64,000 nt of DNA from Macrostomum lignano (Eukaryota), in NCBI GenBank assembly GCA_002269645.1, contig NIVC01000604.1, forward strand, positions 1-64,000. The letters run 5' to 3'. The position numbers and the translations under genes are program-made. The notes under the pieces are model-generated. The model was given only the letters and a program-made list of their open reading frames with translations. It searched no databases and was not told the DNA's origin. Below, piece by piece: positions 43,454-62,112 of this stretch (position 1 is the stretch's first letter; each line of letters starts with the position of its first letter).

Positions 43454-43988
43454 CCATAGTCAGGAAGGTGGCCTTTTTTGTCGAAAATTCCGGCATGCAT
43501 AGGCATAGCCAAAGATATTTGGCGTACATTTGGCATACATTTGGTCTGCCTTGCAACAGTTGGCGTACATTCAGCATATGCCATGTATGCCGCAAATATG
43601 TGGCATGATATGGGATATAAGGTTGGCATATGAGGCAGTGCTAATTCTCTATTATGTCTACCGTATATTCTTATTCAAATCTCTGCCAAAACTTTACGGT
43701 AATTTAAAATGGTCATTTTAATTTTAACATCTTCAGTTAAACAAATTAAAAAAGACTAAACTTGTTGGTATAGTACAGCAACCAAACTTGTCGAATATTC
43801 GTTGCAATAGAAGGTTTTTACTTCATTATAATACACTATACACGTTGTGACGTCGACAATGTTACGGTAGGGCGTATATTCGGCGTGCATTACAGTATAT
43901 TCGGCGTACATATGGTTACATTTGGCATACATAGGTAGCCCTGCCCAAATTTCATTCTGGCGTACACATGCCACCTTCCTGACTATGG
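43454..43988. mobile_element. MITE with 19-bp TIRs inserted in the mariner ORF
   Basis: Perfect TIRs CCATAGTCAGGAAGGTGGC; perfect 8-bp TSD AGGGACTG. Confidence 0.9.
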
Positions 43989-44322
43989 AGGGACTGCAAC
44001 TGACTAAGTGACTAGTCACCCGCCATACTCGCTTGATCTGGCACCATGTGACTTTTTTTATTCCCTAAAGTCAAGGACTTGCTGTGTGGTTGCCGATTTT
44101 TTACTGCAAAGGAGGCTGCTGATACATTCAATGAGATAGTAGAAGAGGTGTTGATTTCTAAGTGGCACCACTGCTTTGTCAACTGTTTTGAGAGGATGAG
44201 GTGCTATATCCAGACTGGTGGAGAATACTGCTATGAAAATTTCAGCTTCATAGCTGCTTCTGTTTAGATGTAGCTAAAAACTTTTGTAGTGCCCCTCGTA
44301 AGCATAGTTTTTGGCATCCCTA

Positions 44323-45183
44323 TAGTGTTCCGCTGCCGCGAGTTTTGACCTCCGTAACTGTAGCCGTAAGAAAGAAGCAACTTCCGTAGCCAAATTTTGC
44401 TGTCATTACAGGCTAAAAAAGTCTGTAACCGTAATTTGCCGTAACCGTAGCCGTAATATATAACAAAAATTGATATTTTTGCAATGAAAAGTGGGGCTGA
44501 CAGAAAAGGACAGATAAAAAGGATAAAAGGATAGCAATAAAACGTACTTGTTGTTCGTTCATGCATTAATATTAATTTATTTTTTCGTAAATATAATATC
44601 TTTATCTAAGTATTCTATAGCATTGTTGTATGCAATTGTATGCTTGGTGCCTTTTTCAGTTTTCTGTGTTGTGATTCTGTTTTGTTTCGCTACAATATGC
44701 TAAGGAGCTAAATGCTACATATGGCTAAGAAATAAGAATGCCAGATTCTTAGTCTCTTGCAGGCTTTGACTGGCTCTCTCTGTCTCGCTGCTATCATGCT
44801 ATTGCTATGCTATGCTATGCCGTATGCCTAATGAGAAAATTTGTGAAAAAATTCATTTTTCGTTTTCAAAAAGTTTCATAGATATTTAGAAACTTAACAA
44901 ATGTAAAATATAATAATAACTAGTAAAACAAAATGAAAACTGGTTGAAGTTGATATAAAAAAATTTTCTTTTATAACACTAAACAGTTAAAAATAAATAA
45001 TTTTTGTTACGGCTACCAATTATGCCATAATTTATGGCAAGTCTAGAAAAATCTCCGTAACCCGTAACCGTAACCGTAAGCTCAAAATATGTCCGTAACC
45101 GTAATCCATAATGAAAATACGGCTTCAAAAGTGTCGTAGCCGTAATTTGCCGTAGCCGTAGCCGTAATTACGGCGGAACACTA
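44323..45183. mobile_element. hAT-type MITE with CCGTAA/CCGTAG subterminal repeats
   Basis: TIRs TAGTGTTCCGC / GCGGAACACTA; TSD CATCCCTA vs TATTCCTA (6/8). Confidence 0.78.
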
Positions 45184-46052
45184 TATTCCTAATATTAATA
45201 GGGATTGCATAACAAAATAGAGTAGTACAAATGATTAGAAAAAAAATATTGCCATCATATGAATATTTTGAAAATTTTACAATGTAGCTTGCATCTTATG
45301 TTTAGTTTAGCCCTATAGCCTAGGCTGACTATAGTTTTTTTGCAAATCAACTTAATCAATTATAAATATAAGTATCAATTGCTCAAAATAATTAAACATC
45401 TTTTCTTATATATATCACATATATGTATACTAGCTTCCCATAGATATCAAAGCTATGCATATGAGGAGAAAAAACTCTTGGCAAATCTTATATTGCATGA
45501 TCAAACAGCTTGTCTAAGCATAGACTTTAGGTTTAGGGTGAATTCATTGAGAATCGGCCTAGGAAAAAGCTTTATCTTTAAAACAAATGGAAAATCAATT
45601 TATAAATAAAAAAGCTTGCGGTAAAAATTTAGAAAAATATACCCCAGTAAAACAGTGAATAATAAATAATGAGGCAGTCGATTAGCAATAGAATGAAAGA
45701 AAGCAGAAAAGGTTGTTGTCGTCGTTTTTGCAAAAATCATTTGCAAGGTTAAAGCAATTTAAAACAGATTTTTGTCAAAGAGTAAAATAACCTAAAATAT
45801 CTTTAAATGCAATTAAAAAAGTTTCGAAAAAACTATTTGCAATTACAAAACCTTTTTAAGCCGAAAAAAGTTCGTTTTCAAGAGTTTTTTGTTTTATGGT
45901 GCTGCTAGTGTAAATAAATTTTGACAAGAAATTTCTGCAAACATTTTTTCAATTTAGAGGGTCAGCGACGTGCCGCCGGTTTCGAAAACGTTTTTGTAGA
46001 TGCGTTAATAGAAATATCTTATTACATTGATTAAAAACGTTTAAAAAGGACT

Positions 46053-52321
<6,269 letters not shown>

Positions 52322-53087
52322 CCGCCCTTGGGAGCGCTCGACATTTCTGCTCCCATGCAGTAATTTGAATTCGCTCCGGGAGTCCTGCTAAAGTTTTCCA
52401 AGACCGTCCCATTATTCTAATTTGAGTGATCGTTTGAGTGAGCTCAAGTTCACTGTTCTCACCCTCGTTGCACTTGGTAAATTGTGCAAATATCGCTGCA
52501 GATCGGATTTTGGTGAAAATAGTTCATATTGCATTGTAAGTTATGCGCAAGGTAAGTTTAACGGGGCGCAAAACTCAAAGATAGTGTAAATTTTAGAGGC
52601 CCATTTCTTAGAAAAACACGAGTACCCTGCGGAGATAAGAAAAAATGGCATATTGTGCATGTTAAATAAAAATAATGGCAATACCCACTGCTCCAAATCA
52701 AATGCAATCAGGGATTTTGTTATCTGCGTCCTGTTATACTACAGTGGTCCTTGGCTGAAAATGAGAACATTTGAGTAGGCAGGTTTTACTAAAAAGCATT
52801 ACGGAGAATGAAAGTTTTCATTTTATCAGCACAAAAATGTTACTGCTTTTGATAGGAGGAAGACTCGATGTTTATCTTTTGATATGCCTTGCCTTTGTTA
52901 TAGCTCTATTGATATTCATAAAGCTTTTCGTTTATAGAATTAGGATTCTGTGTTGATTTTATATTTTACGTAAATTTCATATGCCTAAAAATCATGAAAA
53001 TAGCAGAACTCGAGTCATATTGAATTTATTAACCTATCTTATCATTCTGTTACACGTTTTGTTGCACAGTTATTAAGGTTTTGTAGT

Positions 53088-53405
53088 CTAGGACTCATGA
53101 CTTAAAAGGTCGGGGGTTCGATTCTTGACCCACTCGGAACAATTTGTGTCCTTGAGCAAGACACTTAACTCTGCATTGCTTCAGTTCACCCAGCTGTCAA
53201 ATGGATGCCAGCATTAGCTGGGGTAATTGAGGGTGTGTGTGGCGACCCCCCCCCCCCAGTCCTTGGACTGAACAGCCGTACGCAGCCTTCAGATGCGCCG
53301 CGCAATAGCTGCGGCTGAGCTGTCGGTTGCACATCTGCCCATTAGGGCAGGTGTAATCAATTAATAACATTAATAACATTATTATTATTATTATTATTAT
53401 TATTA
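53088..53405 (+). mobile_element. tRNA-derived SINE, copy 1 (5' truncated), with (ATT)n tail
   Basis: B-box GGTTCGATTC; central GTGTCCTTGAGCAAGACACTTAAC; homologous to 57829-58030 and 63813-64000. Confidence 0.85.
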
Positions 53406-54581
53406 AGGTAAGAATTATAGAATGGACTCATAAAACCAATGCCATATTTTTATTTTTAGGCACAGTGTACTTGTACGTAGAATAAAAAATTAACATAGAA
53501 TCCTAATTTCATCAACGAACAGCTTTATGAATATCAATAAAGCTTTAAGAAAGGCCCGTCCCGTCCTTCTAGTCGAGCAGTCCTTAAAATTTGAATGGAA
53601 ATTTAGTGCCAATAAAGTGAAAAATTCAGCTTATATCGCTAAATGCATTTTTGCATTCAACTACCTACAATGGCGTACTTTTAAAACGGTTTACAGATAC
53701 TCACCCATGCAGCCCGAGGTGCTTGCAAATCTTAGTTGGTGGCAGCTGCTCACAGCCTGAGTTGAGTGCACGGTGAAAGTTAAATCTGGCTCGTGCAGTG
53801 TTGCCGAGTCAGGCGAATACCGGATGCAGGGCTTGCCATTTCCGCTCACGCAAGCGCAGATGGAGCAGGGGGGCCCTAAGCGCCTTATAGAGGTTGGGCT
53901 TCACGCAATGCTTTTCTCTTTAAAATAGTCTTTTTGTCTTTCGTTTGAATCATTTTTTTGCATTGAAGCGCTTGTCCAATATGGGGTGAATTTGCAGAGA
54001 TTTGGTCAGTCTCTTTTTTCTCTTTTTTTTTCGCCGTAATCGTCTGCCTTTCTTTGCCGAGTTTCTGCAGGTGTTGTTCGGCTGCCAGCTGCTGATGAAA
54101 AAATTACTTTCGATTTTCTCTGCTTTTCCCAGACTCTTTTTTATTGGTTAATTCACTTGTTTTGCTTGCTCTTTGCTTTGCTATGCTCAACTAGTTGGGG
54201 TCCAGTTTACACACTCCCCCCCACAAATATATTGAACTGCTCTTGTCACTGCTGTTATTAGAAGAGTAAAATCCATATTGGCAAAATGACATCGTGCCCT
54301 CATTTGTATTGGCCTCGGAGTTGATTTCCAACTTGATTGATCAGTCCGATGCAGATAATGAGGACATGAAGCAACAAGAATGGCCGCGATAACGCATATG
54401 GGGGAAATACACCTCAAAGATAGTAGGATCGCCAAAAAACATGAGAACTTATAGGAATATGCTATCAATCTAGTAGGATTCATCTTAATTCATCATATAA
54501 TAGCGCATTGTACTTCTTATAGAGAATAAAATAACTCATATTGGGAGATTTGTGAGCATGGTGAGCACGAGTTACTCATTG

Positions 54582-57500
54582 TCAAGCATGCAGACTGTCT
54601 GAGTAGTTGACCAGGCAGGCATCTCCACAGCTGCCGTTCACCCAATCCCGCACCTTCAGCATGGCGATGCACTGCTCCACGTGTGGCCTCTCCTGTAGTT
54701 ACCAAGACAATGTGGGATTGAGCTATGTTTCCTTTGCATGAGTTGTCCATGAGTAGAGAGTAAAAAATGCAGTCAAACATCACTTAGAAAAGAAGAGATA
54801 AGAGCCAATCAGAAAGCAGTGAGGAGAGAGGCAAGAGAGCAGAAGCATGAGCACACAGGCGTAGGAAACGCACCACCCCCGCCTCACTCACCAGCACTGC
54901 GTGGTGCGTCATCTGCCGGATGAGAAAATCCACGCTCTTGTTGCCGTCCAGCAGAGCCGGCGCGAACTCCGGCGAGCCAGCAGGCGCGGAGGTGCCGTAG
55001 TAGCACTCCCACAGCATCACGCCCAGGGCGAACACGTCCGACTTGATGGAGTACTGCGGCCCGGGCGGCACCAGCTCGGGCGCCAGGTAGCCCTTCGTGC
55101 CTGCGAAGCTCGCCCCGGACATGGCCTCTTCGTTCTTGGCGAAGCCGAAGTCGCAGATGCGCAGCCGGGCGTCGCCTGGCGCACCCGTAGCCTCGCCGAT
55201 GTCGACGAGCACGTTCTCCAGCTTGAGGTCGCGGTGCAGGATGCGCAGCCGGTGCAAGTGCCGGACGCCAGCGAGAACCTGCTGGTAGAGGCCGAGACAG
55301 ACGGGCAAGACGGCGTCCGGGTCGTCCGCAACCGCGGGCACCAGCTGCTTCCGGTGCTGCTTCAACAGTTGACGAAGGTTGCCCTTGCACAGGGGCATCA
55401 TGAGGCCGATGCGGTTCAGCCTGGGAAAGTACAGGCAGCCCAGGCCGGGCAGCAGGTTCGGGTGCGGGTCATCGGCCAGCTCGCGGAGCATCTCTGCCTC
55501 GAGCAGCGCCGAGCTTGCCATGTTCGACCGGATCAGCTTCAGTGCCAGAGGCGGCTGCTGCTGGGGCAGGGCGAACACTTCCGAGAAGTATGTGCTGCCG
55601 ATTCGTTCGCCAATGAGCATCGCGTCCTCGACTTCCGTGTTGATGCCGAGGCGTCTGCAGCTCTCCGGTGGCAGCATTCCGTCACCCAGCTGCACCGCTC
55701 CGTAGAGCTTGGCATCGGCGATGAGGTTCTGCAGGCGGACGTAGATATTTTCGAGCTCCCCCAGCTGCCTTGAAGGGTCAAGCTGGTGCTGCGGCGTAGT
55801 CTGCTGCGGAGCCTTCTCCGGCAGAATGCAGTACCGGTCCACGAACTTGCTCATCTTGTCAACGTCCTGCTGTAGGAAGCGTCGCGTGGGCACAAATAAG
55901 TTTTTGTTGATGAAGCCTTTGGAGAGTTTGTCCAAGTAGTCCCAGGCATCGTCGCGCAGCTTCTCGGGTGACTCGTGCGCGCTCCTTCGCTTTGGTGCCC
56001 GTCGTTTCGACGGCTGCCGGCGGATCGCGGACACCGGCCAGATGATGGCCATTGTGATGGCAGCCAGCGGGACGAACAGCGGCATGCCGATGCCCACCGC
56101 CAAGCTCTGCGTCACACTGGACCGCATCGGCTGCCAGCCCAGCTGCCGGATGCCCACGCTGATGACCGTCTGGCTGCTCAAACTCCCCTCAAAATCCTCG
56201 TCACCGCCGACCATCTCGAAGGCGGCACGGGAAGTTGAAGCCGAGGACGACTGCGTCGGAGACGGGGGTGGCGGCGCGCAAAACGAGTCGGAGGGGCCGC
56301 AGAAAAGCAGCTCAGGGATGCACTGCGCCTGCTGCCGCAGGGCCCGAAGGTGCTGAACTCGTGACTCGGCGATGCAGCGGTCCAGCTCACTCAGAATCCG
56401 GGTGTGCCGGTTCCAGCCGTGCAGTTCCGCTGATACCATTTCCATGAGGGACCGCTGTAGCTGCTCCTTGCTCAGCTGCGGGTGCCGCAGGCTGTGCGCA
56501 ACATAGGCCGAAGCGAGACGGTCTTTGACCTGCTGCTGGCGCAGGTGGGCCTGGATCTGCTCTGACAGATTGCCAAGGCGGCTTTCAAACGAGCGCTGAA
56601 AGCTGCTCGCCGCTTTGCCTGCCGACTCCTGCAGCCGCTGCAAGTCGCCGAAGAAGCTGCGCTGCGGCCGGCGCTGCTCCTGGCCGGAGAAGTCATTCGA
56701 GCGCCGCTTGACGAGGATTCCCCGCGTCACTGCGTTGAGCGCGGTGAGGCTTTTCACCAGCTGCCGCAGGCTGTCTCGCTGCAGCTGGCTCAGCTGCTCG
56801 CTCAACAGGCCGTCCAACTGCCAATCGCCATCGACTAAAAGGCGACGCCGTCGTTCCTCAGAGTCTTTCACAAAGTCGCGCAGAGCCGCGTCAACCAGGC
56901 CGCGGCTCGTCTCGATGAAGTCCAGACAGACCGTGGCGTCGATGGCGAACCGCAGCTGGCTCTGCTTCAGCGCGACCGTCGCCTGGGTGTCATCCAAGTG
57001 CAGCAGTACGCCGTGCTCAACGGCCTCCCCAATCTCGCTCTCCGCCTCGCCGGCGTCTTCGTCAGCGGACAGGCGCTGCAGGAAGATCGCGCAGCTCGGC
57101 ATGAATCGGCGCAGTCGGCGGCGCGTGCACGGCGTCAGAAGCGGTGCCAGCACCAGCCGCAGGCTGTCTAAGCCGGGGCAGTTCGCCCGCAGCTCCCAGT
57201 CGTCAAAGACGTCGTCAAATTCGACGCAGTCTCCGGTATCCGATTCGTCTTCATCGCTGCTGGCAGTCTGGGCCTCGGCCAGCCACTGCAGGGCGGCCAC
57301 CCAGTCGATGAAGCTTCGCTGCTGCAGGTCGCCCGCATCACCTGGCCGCTGCCGGTGAAGTCGACGGAGTTTCACCACGGCGACGCGGCCGTCGTCAGGC
57401 AAAGCGGGGTCGTGCACCAGCCACAGCAGGCCGCCGTTCGCTGGCACTCGCCGGCTGCGCAGCGCCTCCAGCGATTCGCCAATCTCACCAGAGAAGCAAG

Positions 57501-57750
57501 CGGCCAGGTCGACGACCGCCCCTCGGCCGCTGAATAAGAGGCCCGGCCGGCGGTTCGCCAGCTCGGCTGAGGCCGCTTGCGAGGCCTCCGCCGACTGGGC
57601 CGCCTGCCGGCAGAGGCCGCGCTCCAGCAGCAGGCAGCCTTTGAGGCCTCTTTGGATCTCGCCGATGGCGCCGTTGCAGTAGGCGGTGAGGCGCGACTGG
57701 GACTGGGCGAACTGGCCCAGGCAGCGCTGGACGGACTCGCTCAGCCGCAT
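54582..57750 (-). CDS. Large protein kinase with long helical N-terminal region and an internal hydrophobic hairpin (DSTYK/Dusty-like architecture); exons 57750-54892 and 54692-54582, ~989 aa
   Basis: LALK, LHRDLKLEN, ICDFG, GTKGYLAPE and SDVFALG motifs. The CTG|gtgagt donor splices in frame to ERPHVEQC (subdomain XI). An acceptor lies at 57767, 16 nt before the ATG; upstream coding exons are possible. Confidence 0.88.
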
Positions 57751-57828
57751 GTCGGGATTGAATTGGCTGCGGGGGATGGGGAAAATTGTGCAGAACTTCA
57801 ATTGCTAGTTTTATCCTTGCCGGTACTG

Positions 57829-58030
57829 TTACCCAGGCAGGGGTGCAACCGACAGCTCAGCCGCAGCTATTGCGCAGGCGCATGAGGGCTGGGTACGGCT
57901 GTTCAGTCCAAGGACTGGGGGGTCACCACACACACCCTCAATTACCCCAGCTAATGCTGGCACCCATTTTACAGCTGGGTGAACTGAAGCATTGCAGAGT
58001 TAAGTGTCTTGCTCAAGGACACAAACCTCC
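57829..58030 (-). mobile_element. SINE, copy 2 (inverted, both ends truncated)
   Basis: Reverse complement of the body of 53088-53405. Confidence 0.85.
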
Positions 58031-58064
58031 AACCAAGTTGTAACGACGCTCCATGCACTAGGCT

Positions 58065-58380
58065 ACAACCCTTAACTAGGCTACAACCCTTAACTAGGCT
58101 ACAACCCCCTTAACTAGGCTACAACCCCCTTACTAGGCTACAACCCCCTTAACTAGGCTACAACCCCCTAACTAGGCTACAACCCCCTTACTAGGCTACA
58201 ACCCCCTTAACTAGGCTACAACCCCCTAACTAGGCTACAACCCCCTCACTAAGCTACTACAACCCTTAACTAGGCTACAACCCACTAACTAGGCTACAAC
58301 CCACTAACTAGGCTACAACCCACTAACTAGGCTACAACCCCCTAACTAGGCTACAACCCCCTAACTAGGCTACAACCCCT
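58065..58380. repeat. Minisatellite, ~19-21 bp unit ACTAGGCTACAACCCC(C)T(T)A
   Basis: Tandem copies are directly visible. Confidence 0.93.
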
Positions 58381-59065
58381 CGGTGCTTCAAACATGGTAT
58401 CAACGCTAACGATGGCCTAGTAGGCGCTCTTTGATGCCGTATCGATATAGTACTGTCCGCCATTTAACACCGTATTGTGCTCTTGAAATTTTAGCAATCC
58501 AAATGTGTGAAAGAATATTTTTTAAACTTTTCTTACCAATGAACTGAGCTGCAGTGAAGCCAGAAGACTGCCTATAGTTACTGGCAGAAGCAAAAGCCAA
58601 AACAGGGCGAACGGCGAATGTTTAAAAAGCGATAGATAAGATTACTGGCCCGAACATCTCGCGCCTTGAAAACTTCACGACTATGCCATATAACTATGCG
58701 GCCTTGCGACTAGGGGAGGGTCGTCAGTCCAGCGTACATCTTCGTGTACATTCTCGATTAACTCACGGCTCTGCCACGGCTTCTTTCTAAACAGAAAACT
58801 TAGTGCCTTCAATGCTGAAAGCTGCCTAAAAGTGCTGACCAAGGAATATTTTTGTCGCTTTGGTCAAGCCTAATTCTCTTTCAAGGGCCTCCAGTGGAAT
58901 TTTCCGCCCCTGATAATATCGTCATTGGTAAATAAAGCGCTGGTGCAATTTTATTGACAACCGGTTTCAAGGATGGTCAGCAAAACAGGCTGATAAACAC
59001 ATAAGATAATGCTCGTAGCGAAGTTAATAGTAAATTCAATGAATTTCCACTTGAAATAATGTCTG

Positions 59066-59302
<237 letters not shown>

Positions 59303-59911
59303 AGAACCTAGTATTATTTCTACAAAGCCACAACCGTTGCCTGAAAGGCCTGTTCTCTAACTTAAAAGCGCTTTGACTCGCAGCAGTGCTTCAGCACACA
59401 CACAGAATTATCGAAACGCAAACAGAAACGATATTATAGCCGAGCCATGTCTCAAATCCCAAGCGCCGCATGGGGATGATATTATCTAAAAACCCGGCTA
59501 CAAAAAGGAAATTTGCCAGCCCGAATCCCGGATACGCAAGATAGTTTGGAACGGTGTCGGATTTCTGAGAAAAAGTAGAAAAAGGCCACTGATCTCCCGC
59601 ATCTGCCATAGACCACACGGATTTCATGTTGCCAGTCAGATAAAGATTCGCCCTTTTATAAATCAAAAATTTTATCGCTTCCTTTCGTAACAAATGTCAA
59701 GCTTTAGAATAGTGCGCTCAACGATTGGATTGCAATGGGTGAGCTGCTCATGCCCTATCTGAGCCACAGCAGCTAAAATTATCTTAAAAGGTCAGCATGC
59801 CACTCGATGACTTAAGGGGTTGCCTCGTTGTTTCGGTGCACCAAAACTGTAGGCGATAACTAACCCGATCAAGTTGAGAACTCTCATTCGATGCAGCCAC
59901 TGGCACAGAAT

Positions 59912-60062
59912 TGCACTCGACCATAGACAACAAAGCCATGCTCTCGACCATAGACAAAAAAGCCTTGTACTCTCGACCATAGACAATAAAGCCATGTACT
60001 CGACCATAGACAACAAAGTCTTATACTCTCGACCATAGACAAAGTCTTGTACTCTCGACCAC
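59912..60062. repeat. Minisatellite, ~29 bp unit ACTCTCGACCATAGACAACAAAGCCATGT
   Basis: About 5 copies are visible. Confidence 0.85.
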
Positions 60063-61189
60063 ATAAAACTCAGACAACTAAGTAGAGAATTCAGAGCAGG
60101 TATTCCGGCAAGTATTTCTACATCTGGTGCTGATTTTTTATAAAATTATCTACTTAATTAACATTTTATTTACTTTATTGGCTTTATCGTGTGCGATCAA
60201 GTGCAGCTGTATGACAGTGACTGCTGCTGCTGCATGAACAACTGAAGTAGCTTGTAGAAGGGCGCTACACGTACTCTATTTTCTTAGAAACAAGCTGGAG
60301 GCCAGTAAGGAACGCATAGCTGGTTGTCGTACCGCCAGTGCGTTTTGAATGCTTTAAAGAACACATAAGAGCGTAGACTTGATTGTTGTTTGAGACTTGA
60401 AGCTTGTGTCTGAGTTGCTCCGTGTGAAAGCTTCTATCATGCCGTCGTAGACGCGCATGACGTCTCAAAAGCTACACTTCGCACAGTGTCGCACAGTCTT
60501 GCGTCGCTGACTGCGCGTAGATGGTACATGTACGCTGGTCAAGATTCGAACTCCGGTCACTGATAAAGATCATGCAAGGCAGTGGCTGGTCCTTCAGGCA
60601 AGCTTCAGGCAGTTTAAACGTGCTTGCGCGATGACCTGCGAGACTGAAAGATAAACACAACAGCACAACTGCACCCCAAAGCATCGGCGAGAATGCTACA
60701 GAGAATCGCTTTAGCATCGTGCATGCACAGACCAGACACGCCTATAGTCGAGTCCTATTTTGGCGTTCTAAAAGCTGAAGCCCGCCTATCCTCACAGTTG
60801 CGGGTCTGCTAACCATCAACAAGGAGACCTGCACCCGGCAACGATCCACGCATTTGACTGGTGAAATCTATTTCTGCCAACAAACTACAACAAATAGCAA
60901 GAGATAAAATAACAGTTTTAGGTCAGTGAAGCACGGGAGCCGTAGCCTAGTGGTCCATCGCGGCGCTCTGATGTGCCAGCGGCCCAGGCTCGGTTCCAAG
61001 TACAGTCACATTTATCTGGGACTAAATTGGAATCTCGGCTCCGGCTCTTTATAATGACTCGTAGTGTTAATTCTACTGCTGGAAGCCGTACAATAGTTTA
61101 ACCTGTCTATGGCCGTACCTTATGGCTGAAGGAATTTGACGAGGGGAAGCAAATGGATACCCAGTTTGGCCATAGACAACAAAACCGAA

Positions 61190-61412
61190 ATCATTGTCAC
61201 TTGTTTCTTGTCACACTTGTCATTTGTCACTTGTCACTTGTCACTTGTTTCTTGTCACACTTGTCATTTGTCACTTGTCACTTGTCACTTGTCACTTGTT
61301 TCTTGTCACTTGTGTCACTTGTCACTTGTCACTTGTTTCTTGTCACACTTGTCACTTGTCACTTGTCACTTGTCACTTGTCACTTGTTTCTTGTCACACT
61401 TGTCACTTGTCG
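61190..61412. repeat. (TTGTCAC)n heptamer microsatellite
   Basis: Directly visible. Confidence 0.95.
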
Positions 61413-62112
61413 CTTGTATTTTATTCATGAAAACGGCCCTAGCGAAACGCAGAGGGGTGAGTGAAGGCACAGTTAACTCATGTTGCCAAATTTTAACTGG
61501 ATACCGCTCTACATTTAAGTCACTGAGGACGCTTCTATCGGTCTCGATTACTCGCAGTCTTTTACAAAAGGGAACTGATTAACTTTGCGCGGATTTGAGC
61601 AGACTCTTGGACTTTTATAGCGTTCCTTATGATGGGGCGGACTAGCCATGTATGGCTTGAGCATGCAGTGAGCTCAGCTTCCTTACTGCCTGTCTCCCAC
61701 CCATCATTTGCTTCTAAATACCCTTCAGATTGAGACCAGCCAGTCCCTCTGCACCCAGCACTCCTCATCAGTTCTACTGTGAGCCCGATCTATACCGCAT
61801 TCTTTGATCCTGTCAAGAGGAGAGCCACCTCGAGGGGTTACTGACTTAATGGAAGCCGCGGCCCTGCTCTGGCTAAAACAGATTGCAGTATTCCTCAGCA
61901 GCGGCGAACCGAATAATCAAAAAAAGCTGCTAAGATTGAAGCCCCGGTCAGCCTCGAGTCCGGAGTCTCTTATTGGCTCCCGTTGCTTCGTCAAATCCTT
62001 GCTCTCGGGGCCTTGGAGTCCGCGGAGCTGATAACTCGCTCAACATCTGCAATGCAGTCTCAAGCCACGCCCAGATTTTCAGAGTCTGAACTTCAACCAA
62101 AGGCTGTAAATC

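Larger units (their letters stand above)
41849..44298 (+). mobile_element. Mariner (Tc1/mariner, D34D-type) element, ~1.3 kb net, interrupted by two MITEs; transposase pseudogene
   Basis: ~28-bp TIRs C(A/G)AGGGGCACTACAAAAGTTTTTAGCTA with TA TSDs. Fragments WVPHLL, IVTCDETWVYCY, LHQD, PPYSLDLAPCDFFLFP. Confidence 0.93.

Noticed and set aside
59391-59693. 100-aa ORF as an upstream exon of the kinase
   Set aside because: It has no recognisable motif and no phase-2 donor matching the acceptor at 57767.
60940-61030. tRNA-like head TAGCCTAGTGG...GGCTCGGTTCC
   Set aside because: The B-box is degenerate and there is no second copy in the window, so it cannot be supported as a tRNA or a SINE.
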